From: an uncultured virus (IMG/VR IMGVR_UViG_3300046786_000613)
Lineage: Duplodnaviria > Heunggongvirae > Uroviricota > Caudoviricetes
DNA length: 64,000 nt
Direction: 5' to 3' (one strand)
Virus record (IMG/VR): IMGVR_UViG_3300046786_000613
Part shown: positions 47,876 to 57,600 of the stretch, one piece after another
Layout of the letters: each line of letters starts with the position of its first letter
How positions within the stretch are numbered: the stretch's first letter is position 1
Position numbers and translations under genes: made by a program
Notes under the pieces: generated by a model
What the model was told of the DNA's origin: nothing
Database searches by the model: none
The model's input: only the letters and a program-made list of their open reading frames with translations

Positions 47876-48628
47876 TTATTCTGCTTTTTCGTATTTAATG
47901 AAGTTGAAGTGTCGACCCCAATCTTCTCTGTTCCAATGGAAACATAAAAGGTCTGTGTGAACGTAATTAGGCACGTTTCCTTTTCTCAAGTCCTCTGCGA
48001 AGTAGGTATCGGGTGGATGTCCATTTGGATTATCTTTCTCACAACGGAACTCAAAACGATTCATCACATATCGCTTCATTAAGCAACATCCGATTCCTGC
48101 AATGAAAGTTTCCTTTAAAGTTCCATCCATCCACCAATGGTGAAAGTTTCCTAATTCATAGTGGAAAACATACTCATTGAAGTGAAGTGATTTTGTATCT
48201 TGATTACGAATACAAGGGTTTCTCCAACTACCATCGAAAATTTGGTACATACCACTTACTACGGGTTTTCTGCACCAAAGCAATTGCTCAATAATGTCGG
48301 GTTGTGGGAAAATATCACTTTCAAGGTGAAACAAGTAGTCGGCATCGCTTTCTAAAAAGTATCTGCGAATTTGATTGTGACTATCTGCTAACTTTTCCAT
48401 CACAGAATAACCCGTGTAATCTTTCCAAAAGGTTTTGACTTTGTATTTGTCACGAATCATCAAAGCATTCTTGTTGGTCTTTGAGTTGTCTGCTACGAAT
48501 ATCTCAATGTTTGATTTTGGGTAGGTAAATCCGAATACATTTTGCATAAAAGCATCAAGACAATAATTCTTCGCATCGTATGTAGGAATGCCAATTAGGA
48601 TTTTAGGTAGAACGAATTTCTTCTCCAT
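47876..48628 (-). CDS. GT2-family glycosyltransferase
   Basis: ILIGIPTY...ADNS...HLESDI...GIGCCLM...PDTYF. Confidence 0.8.
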   Translation of the reverse strand: MEKKFVLPKILIGIPTYDAKNYCLDAFMQNVFGFTYPKSNIEIFVADNSKTNKNALMIRDKYKVKTFWKDYTGYSVMEKLADSHNQIRRYFLESDADYLFHLESDIFPQPDIIEQLLWCRKPVVSGMYQIFDGSWRNPCIRNQDTKSLHFNEYVFHYELGNFHHWWMDGTLKETFIAGIGCCLMKRYVMNRFEFRCEKDNPNGHPPDTYFAEDLRKGNVPNYVHTDLLCFHWNREDWGRHFNFIKYEKAE

Positions 48629-48636
48629 TTTGTTAT

Positions 48637-49686
48637 TTATTTTTTCTTGCGTAAAACATTTCTAACCTCTTTCGGATGACCTTTCATTGGGTCTACGGGG
48701 TTTTGAGGCATATTAATGTTCATAGATGAGGTAAAGTTTTCTTGAGGCTCTTCATTTTCAATTTCTTCGGTTTCATATTCTTCTACTTCATAGTCATCTT
48801 CAATGATTGTCCCTTGTCTTGTTTCCTCATAAACTTCGGGTTGACCTGCACTACGACCTGCGTTTGGATTTTGTCGCTTGTAAACTTTTTCAAGTGTGTC
48901 AAGTGTGCCGTTGATTGTCTTTTTAAGTTGGAACATAATACCTACCTTGATTGCAATATCCTTACCAAACATATAAAGTAGGAATTGTTCATCGGTCATA
49001 CCCCATCCACGCTTCATAAATACACGAATCATTGCAGGGCGAACTTTGTAGCCAAACTCTTTGTCATACTGCAATGCGTTGGCACTTTGCTCGTTGTATT
49101 GCGCAACAAATTCTGCTACTGACATCGTGTCACCTGTTTCTGTCACAGGAATGGTCATAGACAAATCAAGTTTACCTTGTGCCTGTTTTTGCATCAAAGT
49201 TTCTTCGTCTACTTTTACAACGTATTGTGCGTATTTGTGTGCTTGTTCGTAAGCATCTAAAACCGTGTCTACAAGTGACTCACAGGCGATTTTCTTATCC
49301 TTATTGTCAAGGTCATTCATTGCAGGATTAGGATTGTCAAATGGATTCTCAAATGAATCATTTGCACCCATTGCCTCTGCCTCTTGTCTGTCGCTAATAA
49401 TATCTTCGTATGAAGGTGGAACAAATGAAGGCTCTTCAATTTCATCCACTAAACCACTTGCAGGTTTTGGTGTTGCATAATCACGTTCTACTACGCTTTC
49501 AGCAAAAGGGTTATAATCACCTTGAGTTCCTTCACCTACAGAACTGCTATCCGATTTAACTTTGTCTTTAACTACAGGCTCAAAATCTTCACCCATCACT
49601 TCATCGTCAACTATTGACTCTTCTGTGAACTCTGCATCTTGGGGTTCATTAACATTTTTTCTTGGTCTACCTCTTTGTTGTGCCAT
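48637..49686 (-). CDS. Acidic protein with N-terminal AT-hook
   Basis: RGRPRK; acidic termini with helical core. Confidence 0.55.
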   Translation of the reverse strand: MAQQRGRPRKNVNEPQDAEFTEESIVDDEVMGEDFEPVVKDKVKSDSSSVGEGTQGDYNPFAESVVERDYATPKPASGLVDEIEEPSFVPPSYEDIISDRQEAEAMGANDSFENPFDNPNPAMNDLDNKDKKIACESLVDTVLDAYEQAHKYAQYVVKVDEETLMQKQAQGKLDLSMTIPVTETGDTMSVAEFVAQYNEQSANALQYDKEFGYKVRPAMIRVFMKRGWGMTDEQFLLYMFGKDIAIKVGIMFQLKKTINGTLDTLEKVYKRQNPNAGRSAGQPEVYEETRQGTIIEDDYEVEEYETEEIENEEPQENFTSSMNINMPQNPVDPMKGHPKEVRNVLRKKK

Positions 49687-49688
49687 AA

Positions 49689-50117
49689 CTATTTATTTAT
49701 TTCAAATTGTTTAAGTGCATCTGTTCTGATTGCCTCCATCTTTTCAAGTAATTCAGCATCTTCCTTCAAGTTTGCGTTAAGTATTTGATACCTACGCACA
49801 TACTTGTTAATTAAAGTTGCATCCTTCTGTAAGATGTCTGCTATTTCTCTTTGGCTTAACTTGCACATACGCATCAATAGCACCGAGCAAACTCCCAAAG
49901 CATTAATTCGACTTGGATTTCTTATTGTACCTTTTTTCAGCATTGATTCGCTGATGTCAAAATACTTACAGGTGTTAAGAATAATTAGGTCAATGAGTCT
50001 TTTGTTCTCGTCTGAATAATTATTGCTTACCTCCAATACCTGTATAGTTCTTTTGATGCCCATTTTATCAATGGTCTTCAGCAAAACTTCAATCAGTATT
50101 GTAGAATTGTTTTTCAT
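49689..50117 (-). CDS. DnaA-C-like HTH protein
   Basis: TCKYFDISESML...LSQREIADILQKDATLINKY. Confidence 0.55.
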   Translation of the reverse strand: MKNNSTILIEVLLKTIDKMGIKRTIQVLEVSNNYSDENKRLIDLIILNTCKYFDISESMLKKGTIRNPSRINALGVCSVLLMRMCKLSQREIADILQKDATLINKYVRRYQILNANLKEDAELLEKMEAIRTDALKQFEINK

Positions 50118-50136
50118 TTTATCTTTTGTAATTCAA

Positions 50137-50144
50137 CAAAAGTA
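50137..50144 (-). promoter_or_regulatory. Bacteroidota -7 element
   Basis: TACTTTTG. Confidence 0.65.
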
Positions 50145-50183
50145 ATAAAAAAATGATTGAATAAAGAGTTGAAAAAAAATACC

Positions 50184-50567
50184 CTATCCCAAATAGTAGT
50201 CAATAATCATTTTGGCATCTTCAAATCCTCTTACGAACTCTGCCATATAACCTCGTAGTTTGAGTCGGTGTAGTATTTGTTCTTGCTCCTTTATGTGGTT
50301 GTTGCTCACAATACCGCCATCTTGCTTGTAAACGGCAAAATTCTCTCTTTTTACCTCCAAGAATAATCCGTAGTAATTTTTTCTTGGCTCGAAAATCATA
50401 ATATCGGGTAATCCTGCCGAACTTCGCATACGTTTTAAAGTCTTTGCCTGTTTCCAAAATACTCTGATGCCACTACTCTCTGATGTGAAAATAGTATTGG
50501 GGTATTTCATTTTTATATAATCACAAATAGCAACGTGAACTGCCTCTTCCTTATCATTCATACTCAA
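50184..50567 (-). CDS. VRR-NUC nuclease (Holliday-junction resolvase-like)
   Basis: EEAVH...AGLPDI...GLFLEVK...EQ...L..RGY. Confidence 0.85.
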   Translation of the reverse strand: MSMNDKEEAVHVAICDYIKMKYPNTIFTSESSGIRVFWKQAKTLKRMRSSAGLPDIMIFEPRKNYYGLFLEVKRENFAVYKQDGGIVSNNHIKEQEQILHRLKLRGYMAEFVRGFEDAKMIIDYYLG

Positions 50568-50580
50568 AAAGTTTAGTTAT

Positions 50581-50609
50581 AAAAAAACCCGATAGCGAAC
50601 CATCGGGTT
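50581..50609 (-). terminator. Intrinsic terminator
   Basis: AACCCGAT-loop-ATCGGGTT with A7. Confidence 0.7.
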
Positions 50610-50651
50610 AAAATAAATTACGGAACTTCCAATCACAAAATCGGTAGCGTA

Positions 50652-51149
50652 TTAATTCCAATCCCAAAAACCTATCTTTGCTTCCGAAGGAGCAGGAGAA
50701 GGGTCGTTGTTATTGGTATTATCTTTAGAAGAGTCGTTTGCGTTGTTTGGGTTGTCATTGTTGTTTGAATTTACTCCTGTAGAACCTGTTGGTTCTTCAC
50801 CTGTAACTCCATTCTGACCTTCAGAATTATCATCTTTCAAGTCATCAATAACATCTTCACGAGCATCGTCTGCTTTATCTTTTAAATGTTCTGCTTGTGC
50901 TTCTGTAATCACTTCCTTGCTTTCAAGGAACTCAAAAATACCATCACAAATGTACCTATCGTAAGTTTCAATTTTGCTTTCAACGGCAGGGGTCAAATTG
51001 ATTTTGCCGTTTTTGCTCTTGTTCACTAAAAAGGTAATCGTTTTATCCAAATCTTTCTTGAGTTGTTGCGTATGATTGCTTAACTCTGAAATGTTTAGAC
51101 CATATCTACGAATCAATACTTCGTGTGGTAATTCTCTTACTTCTGACAT
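50652..51149 (-). CDS. Hypothetical protein with Asn-rich tail
   Basis: Own promoter (51176-83) and terminator. Confidence 0.65.
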   Translation of the reverse strand: MSEVRELPHEVLIRRYGLNISELSNHTQQLKKDLDKTITFLVNKSKNGKINLTPAVESKIETYDRYICDGIFEFLESKEVITEAQAEHLKDKADDAREDVIDDLKDDNSEGQNGVTGEEPTGSTGVNSNNNDNPNNANDSSKDNTNNNDPSPAPSEAKIGFWDWN

Positions 51150-51175
51150 AAGTTATTTTTTTTGGTTTGTTTTTA

Positions 51176-51183
51176 CAAATATA
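51176..51183 (-). promoter_or_regulatory. Bacteroidota -7 element
   Basis: TATATTTG. Confidence 0.65.
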
Positions 51184-51187
51184 CAAT

Positions 51188-52498
51188 TTATCCTCGAATC
51201 AAATCATCAATACCCGAAACTCCACCGCCTTCTTCAAAGAATCCAAATCGTTTTTTTGGTGCTTCTGCTTGGTTTTGTCGCATTTTACCCAAAGATATGA
51301 CATCTCGGTCACGTTGTGCTAAAAGAGTTCTTCCATCGTCTGAATTAACAATATAATCACCTGTTATTTCGTGTATTTCTTTGATTACTCCTGTGTTTTC
51401 TTCTCCGTTGTCATCAAAAACAATTTCTTGACCTACTCTTCCACCATCTTCAAATTTACCTTTACGATTATTCAAAGGCTTTTCATAAGATTCACGCTTG
51501 TTATGTCTTGCTCGGTCTAAATGCCAAGAACGACCCGTATTCACGTTACCACCTCTTGCGTATTTTTTCTTTTTCGAGGCTTTGCGTTTGGCAATTTTGG
51601 CTTTGATTGAATCTTTTACTGAATTACCAATTCTGACTTCTGTTCCAAATCCAATTTTTTGAGGTCTTGCACGACCAATTTTGTAGCCAATATATGCACC
51701 TACCATACCACTTAAAATTGTACCGCCAATCCCGTAATTATTGGAAAAAACATACATTTCACCATCGTGATGAATCACATCAAGGTCATAAGATAAAGAA
51801 CGCTTCCAAGCACCTTCATAATCTTTGGAAACCCAAGAAGGAATTTCATCTCCATAACCCATATCTTCAAGGTATGTAGTTAAATCTGCTCTACGCTCGG
51901 CTTCTTCGTCTGCTAATTCTTCGGCTTGACGTTCTGCTTCGTCTTCATCCATATCGGGATTCTCGTAAAGAATATCCTCTCGGATTCGGTCAACATCTTC
52001 ACCATAAATAACTCTTTCAGTCACATCATCAACGTAAATATGGTTTGACCAAAAATCGCTACCTAATTCGCCAAGTTGGCTTTCATATTCGTGTACAATG
52101 TCTGTTTCATCGTTACCATCTACAACAAACATCAAACTATCTGCAAGTGCTTGGTAATCATCACTACCTGTATCACCTGCACGTTCAACTAATACGGCTA
52201 CAGGAATACCTCTGTCTTCTGCAACTTCAGCAATTTCGTAAAGTTGTTGAAAATCTTGCTCACCCATATACTCTGAAGCCAAAGTAGAAGGAATGCCTTC
52301 GTAATCGTGAACTGCCCATTCTTCACGGACTTCACCATCTATTGACTTATATTTTTCGGTCAATTCATCAAGCATATCTTGAATAGCACCCATCAAATCA
52401 GATGCTTCTAAATAGTCTGCTAAATCAAACCATTTGCCCTCTAAACGACCATTATTGTAGTCTGACAAACTTGCTACATAAATTCTCATATCTTCCAT
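51188..52498 (-). CDS. ardA: ArdA antirestriction domain fused to further modules
   Basis: RIYVASLSDYNNGRLEGKWFD...EEWAVHDYEG...DYE; acidic; C-terminal modules separated by GG motifs. Confidence 0.85.
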   Translation of the reverse strand: MEDMRIYVASLSDYNNGRLEGKWFDLADYLEASDLMGAIQDMLDELTEKYKSIDGEVREEWAVHDYEGIPSTLASEYMGEQDFQQLYEIAEVAEDRGIPVAVLVERAGDTGSDDYQALADSLMFVVDGNDETDIVHEYESQLGELGSDFWSNHIYVDDVTERVIYGEDVDRIREDILYENPDMDEDEAERQAEELADEEAERRADLTTYLEDMGYGDEIPSWVSKDYEGAWKRSLSYDLDVIHHDGEMYVFSNNYGIGGTILSGMVGAYIGYKIGRARPQKIGFGTEVRIGNSVKDSIKAKIAKRKASKKKKYARGGNVNTGRSWHLDRARHNKRESYEKPLNNRKGKFEDGGRVGQEIVFDDNGEENTGVIKEIHEITGDYIVNSDDGRTLLAQRDRDVISLGKMRQNQAEAPKKRFGFFEEGGGVSGIDDLIRG

Positions 52499-52510
52499 AA
52501 CTGCCTGTTA

Positions 52511-54565
52511 TTATTGTCCTCTACGATTACGTAACATTGAACCTACTCCACCGCCTTTAGCGTGTGATTTTTTAGTGGTCTTGAATCTACTTAATGGCAT
52601 CCATTGAGAAATTTTGCCATCTCCATATTCATCTATTCTGATAACTTTTACTCTTCCACCAAAAGAAGGGTCATAATTCACAACTTTTAATTTAACTCCT
52701 GTATTTGCAGTTAAAATATCTCCTTCTTTTATCGCACCACCTTTGCCAAAGGCTTTTGAGCGTATTCCTTTGTCAAGGTTAACTACATAGTTTTTATTGT
52801 AACCATCTCTAACTTGAACTTCGTCAAAACCAAATTGTCCGTAATCTCTAACTATTTCATCGCCAACTCTCAATCCGTGTTCGGTCATTCCGCCTTTAGC
52901 AAAAGAATCAGTAAATTCATATTGGTAGCCATTATAATGCAAAGCATATCCACTAAAACCACCTTTTCTACGAACATATCTTTCTTTGGTTTTGCCACCA
53001 TCTTCAGTTACAATGATTTCTCTACCATTACCAATGACTTTCAATAAAATTGCACCGCTTGGTTTTAAAGTAGAATTACTTTGACCACCCATCAATTCTT
53101 TTCCGATTTGACCACCTGTTTTATATTCTTCTTCTTCTTTTTTAATTAATCCCTCATTAACAAGTTCATCAGTTAAATCAGAGTAACTAAAGTCAAGACC
53201 TTGAGTTGTCATTGAATAATAACCACCTTTGTTTTCCATCAACCAATCCATAACTTCATCTTTGTCAAAAACGTAGTCATCTCTTTTCAAATCATCTAAA
53301 AAGTATTCATAACTTTCGTATTCGGCTTCATTTTGCATTTCGTAATACAAGTCTTCGATATTTTCAAATCCTAATGGGTAATCATCAGTTGTGTCAATCC
53401 ATTCTTGAGCAGGTTCTCCAAATACATAAGCATTTTGACCATTATATCCTGCGTTTTCAACTACGATATTTTCGGGATAGTTTTCTTCAAAATAACGAAT
53501 AGCAACTTTGTCTAAAAAGTCACCTCCGTAATCCGTGTAAGCAAAAGAAATAACTACATTGTCACCAAGTGAATTTCCTTCAATGCCTAATTTTTCTCTT
53601 AACTCGTCTTTCAAGTCTTCGGATGCAAAAGCATCGTCAACATACTCTAATCTCGCATCTTCACCGAACATACGACCACCTTTTCCATAAGAACTAACTC
53701 CACCGCCTTTTCCAAATTGACTTGGATTAACAGAACTTGAAGATAAATTTGATTGTTGGATGTTCATTACTTGAGTAGCACCATCTGTCATACCACCAAA
53801 GGCATATTTTGACAATAACTTGTCAATATCTGAACGCAATTTAATCAAGAACTCTTTTTGTGAATCCTTGTCAAATTTACCAAGTGACGTAGCAATGCTT
53901 GTAAGTAATTCTGAAGTATCAATAACTACACGCTTAACAATAGTTTTTGTCTTTTCAGCAACTTTTTTCTCAACTTTCGCTTCGACTGCCTCTTTTTTCG
54001 CTTTTGGCGTTTTAAGAGTCTTGTCTTTTGCTACTTCTGCTTTTGCCTCTTTTTCGGCTTTATCTTCAACCGCTTCGATTTGTTTTTCAATCTTTTCAGC
54101 AACATCTTTAGTAGCACTTTCAATTACCGCATCCGCAGTTTTTTCTGATGTTCCTTCGATGAGGTCGCCTTTTTTATCAAGTTTCTGAACACGCTTTTTA
54201 TTTTCTGCACTTGCTTGTTCTGCTTTACGTCTTCCTTCTTGTGCTTTTGTTCTTAATGCACGATATTGCTCAATAATGCTCTCGCATTCTTCTTCGGTTT
54301 TTCCCGTTTTGCGTTTTATTTCGGCTTTTGCCGTTTCAATATCGTCTGCCGACTTTTTTGTTTTAGATGCCGTTGATTTTTTAGCCGTAGCAGAAGGTTT
54401 ACGACCTCTTTTTGATTTTGGCTTCTCTCCTTCTAATTCTTTAATTTCAGCAGAGAACTTATCAACTACTGCTTGGAACTTGGCACGAACTTCAGCACTT
54501 AAAGATTGGTCTTGTGCGTTTTTTCTATATTTTGCCAATTGTTCATCGGTTGGTCTTTTTTCCAT
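52511..54565 (-). CDS. Multidomain (polyvalent-like) protein with seven aromatic-xx-GG motifs
   Basis: Basic coiled N-terminus, acidic domain, several ~50-aa SH3-like modules. Confidence 0.65.
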   Translation of the reverse strand: MEKRPTDEQLAKYRKNAQDQSLSAEVRAKFQAVVDKFSAEIKELEGEKPKSKRGRKPSATAKKSTASKTKKSADDIETAKAEIKRKTGKTEEECESIIEQYRALRTKAQEGRRKAEQASAENKKRVQKLDKKGDLIEGTSEKTADAVIESATKDVAEKIEKQIEAVEDKAEKEAKAEVAKDKTLKTPKAKKEAVEAKVEKKVAEKTKTIVKRVVIDTSELLTSIATSLGKFDKDSQKEFLIKLRSDIDKLLSKYAFGGMTDGATQVMNIQQSNLSSSSVNPSQFGKGGGVSSYGKGGRMFGEDARLEYVDDAFASEDLKDELREKLGIEGNSLGDNVVISFAYTDYGGDFLDKVAIRYFEENYPENIVVENAGYNGQNAYVFGEPAQEWIDTTDDYPLGFENIEDLYYEMQNEAEYESYEYFLDDLKRDDYVFDKDEVMDWLMENKGGYYSMTTQGLDFSYSDLTDELVNEGLIKKEEEEYKTGGQIGKELMGGQSNSTLKPSGAILLKVIGNGREIIVTEDGGKTKERYVRRKGGFSGYALHYNGYQYEFTDSFAKGGMTEHGLRVGDEIVRDYGQFGFDEVQVRDGYNKNYVVNLDKGIRSKAFGKGGAIKEGDILTANTGVKLKVVNYDPSFGGRVKVIRIDEYGDGKISQWMPLSRFKTTKKSHAKGGGVGSMLRNRRGQ

Positions 54566-54592
54566 TTTTTATTTTTTGATATAAATGTGTAA

Positions 54593-54600
54593 CAAATTTA
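54593..54600 (-). promoter_or_regulatory. Bacteroidota -7 element
   Basis: TAAATTTG. Confidence 0.65.
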
Positions 54601-54609
54601 GGTTTTTTC

Positions 54610-57600
54610 CTATTCAAATTCCATTAATTCTCGCAAGTCTTCAATAATTCTCATAGTTTTCTTTTTCTCACGAGGACTTTCAAACTCACTTAACTCAAGT
54701 AATTCATCTATAATTCTTTGCGTTGGAGAAATAACTTGAATTTCATCGGATTTTTCTACTGCAACTTCTACAGGTGAAATTTCCGCTTGTTTTTGCTCTT
54801 TTACCTTTTTCTGCACTTTTTCAAGTTGTTCTTCGTCTGAATTTTTGAAAACAGATAGCATTGCATTTCCTAAATAATCACTATTTGGAGTTGAAAAAGA
54901 TGATACCCTTGCCGAAATAGATGAGCCTAAACGAATTTCTTCGCTATTCAACGCTTCAATACGTCTAATTACCTCTTGAACCAATTCATCCATAACTTGT
55001 GGGTCATCGAATTGTTTTGCCTCAAGAGCAAGTGTATTGATTTTGGTTTTTTGAGTATTAATTAAGTTCTCAACATCTTGGTAACTATTGATACCTAATG
55101 GTTGCAGTTTTTTCTCTTCAGTTGCTTTGAACTCTGCTAATGTCATCGGTAAATCTATGTTATAGAATTTACGATAGTAAGTTGCAAACAAACCGCCTCT
55201 TTCAGTATTTTTCCAATTGTCTACCAAAGCAGTCCAAGAATCGGGTAAGCCGTTAAATTCAATTGTTTTATACCTTAAGGCATCAAAATTATTAATAGTT
55301 GTTTTCAACATTTGTGGCAAAGAATAAATCTCATCCGTACTTTGTGGTGGAACTATTTCAGAAGGATTTGCGGTAACGTAGTATTTAACATACCTGTTGT
55401 AATCATTTTCGATTCCTAACGATTCCAATTTTGGATAAAGAATAGTTCCAATGTATTCCGAAATATCTTTGATGTTTTCGTTTCGTTCCTTGTTGCTATA
55501 AACAAAAGGTTCGGGGTATTTTGTAGGTTCTACTTTTTTCTTCTCACCTGTTGTTTTCTCAACAACAACGATGTTTCTATTTACAATGTTCAATTCCTCT
55601 AATTCATCCACATCAATAGAAATAGGAATCATATTTTCTTTGAAATTACCATTGGCAACAGACATTATTGAATTAGGATTCTCTCGATAAAAATCTTTTA
55701 AAAGAATAGCCAATTGTTTTTTTGTTTCCTCATCGAAATCATCGAAATCGGTTCCTACATCATAAAAACTTGGCTTTTCTAATTCTGATAATTTCAATCT
55801 TCTTACCGCTTCTTCTATGCTTCTATTATCCTCGTTATTATTTCGATATTGATAACTAATGTGATAATAAAAAGAAGAAAGTACATTATTTCCGCTACTA
55901 TTTGTAACAACTTCTGCAATTCCTTTTTTGCGACCTTTTTTGGTGTCAAACTCTACTTCATCACCTTCAACGATAGGAATAGTTTTAGCAGGAATAAGTT
56001 CACGCCAATTTTTTGAATATCCAAGTGGATAGCCAATCTTTTGTTCTTTCATCACCTTAACCATCAATTGAATTAATTCTTCGGGCGTATAATTGAACAA
56101 TTTATCAAATTGCATTCTCCATAAAGGATTGCTTACATTCGGAAAAACAAGATTATATGGTGAATTTCTGTCAAAATATGAAAAGAATCTTTCGCTTACT
56201 AAACTATAGATGTTCCTATTACCTTCTAACATACTTTCTTTAGGAAAACCTCTACTTGTTAAGTATTGACTTTCTGAAGTATTGTAAAGTTCATTTAAAA
56301 AATTTGCATAGTTCTCTTGTTTCAATAAAGGTTTGTCAATCAAATCGGGTCTGATTTGAGAAATTACATAGTGCATTCTGAATCTAAAATCTTCTTTGAT
56401 ATTATCATTAAGAGGCATATATTTTATCTCAAGGGACTTTTTGAAAATACTTTCAATAGCAAGATAACTACTCAAAATTTCACCTTCTTTCGTTTTTTCC
56501 TCTTCTATTTTATCAATACGATATTCTGCCTCAAGTTTTGCAATTGCTTGTGGGTCTGTGAGTAGTTCGTATTTTAATTCAGCAGGATTGAAAGCGGTTG
56601 TATCTAACTCATTTGTATTGCCGTTTTTAGTCCAAATTTGATTGATTCGTTCTGTTTTATCCTCAAGTTTTTGGAACATAAAGATGTCAATACAATCAGC
56701 CATTAATGGAGTCACAATACGGACATTTGCAAACGCATTTCCTTGTCGCCAAATACGACCTTCAACTTGAACCATATCAGTTGGGTTAAAGTCAAGGAAA
56801 CAATTGTATAATGCTGAAGCATAATCCTGTAAGTTAATTCCTTCTTTGATTGATTCTGAACCAATCAATACTTTCACACGCTTACTATCTTCAAGTTGGG
56901 TGTATTTTCCTGTTTCGGGATTCAAAACACGACCCAAAAAGGCATCTGCTACTCTTTGTTTATTGTCATAACGCTTCTTACCAATGTAATTTCCATCACC
57001 ACGAATAATACCAATCTCATCAAGTTCAAAACCAACAACTTCCACTAAATAGTCACGCAACAATTCAAATGCCTTTGTTCCAAAGTTCATATAAATTACT
57101 TGACCACTCATTTTAGGACTTTCCTCGCTATTAGCGTGATATTGTTTAATTGCTTTGATACATTCCATCACATAAAGCAATTTTGGAGATTGTTCTACAT
57201 ACATTCTACCTGTAGGTTCTTGTTTAAAGCCACTACACTTGAATAAGTATGGGTTCAATGCAATTTGACGACCCCACATAAGGCATTGTAATGCTTTTGC
57301 GGTGGCTTTTGCTTTTTCACCTTCTTTCGTTCCATCCGCTAAATTATCTGCATCTTCAATGTCAATTTCTGCTGAACCTTCTTCGCCTTCTTGAGTCGAT
57401 TTAGGTTTCTTTTCAACATATTTTCCGTATGAAGTTGTATTTCTACTTGCCTCATTGCATAATTCCTCGTATGTTAATTCGCCTTGAGCGTACATCCTTA
57501 CTTTACCCCATAATTCAAGTTGTATGTCAGACATACGCAAAGTCGTTGATATGAAGTTTTCTTTTGCAAATTCAACGATTTTACCATCAATCATTTGGCG

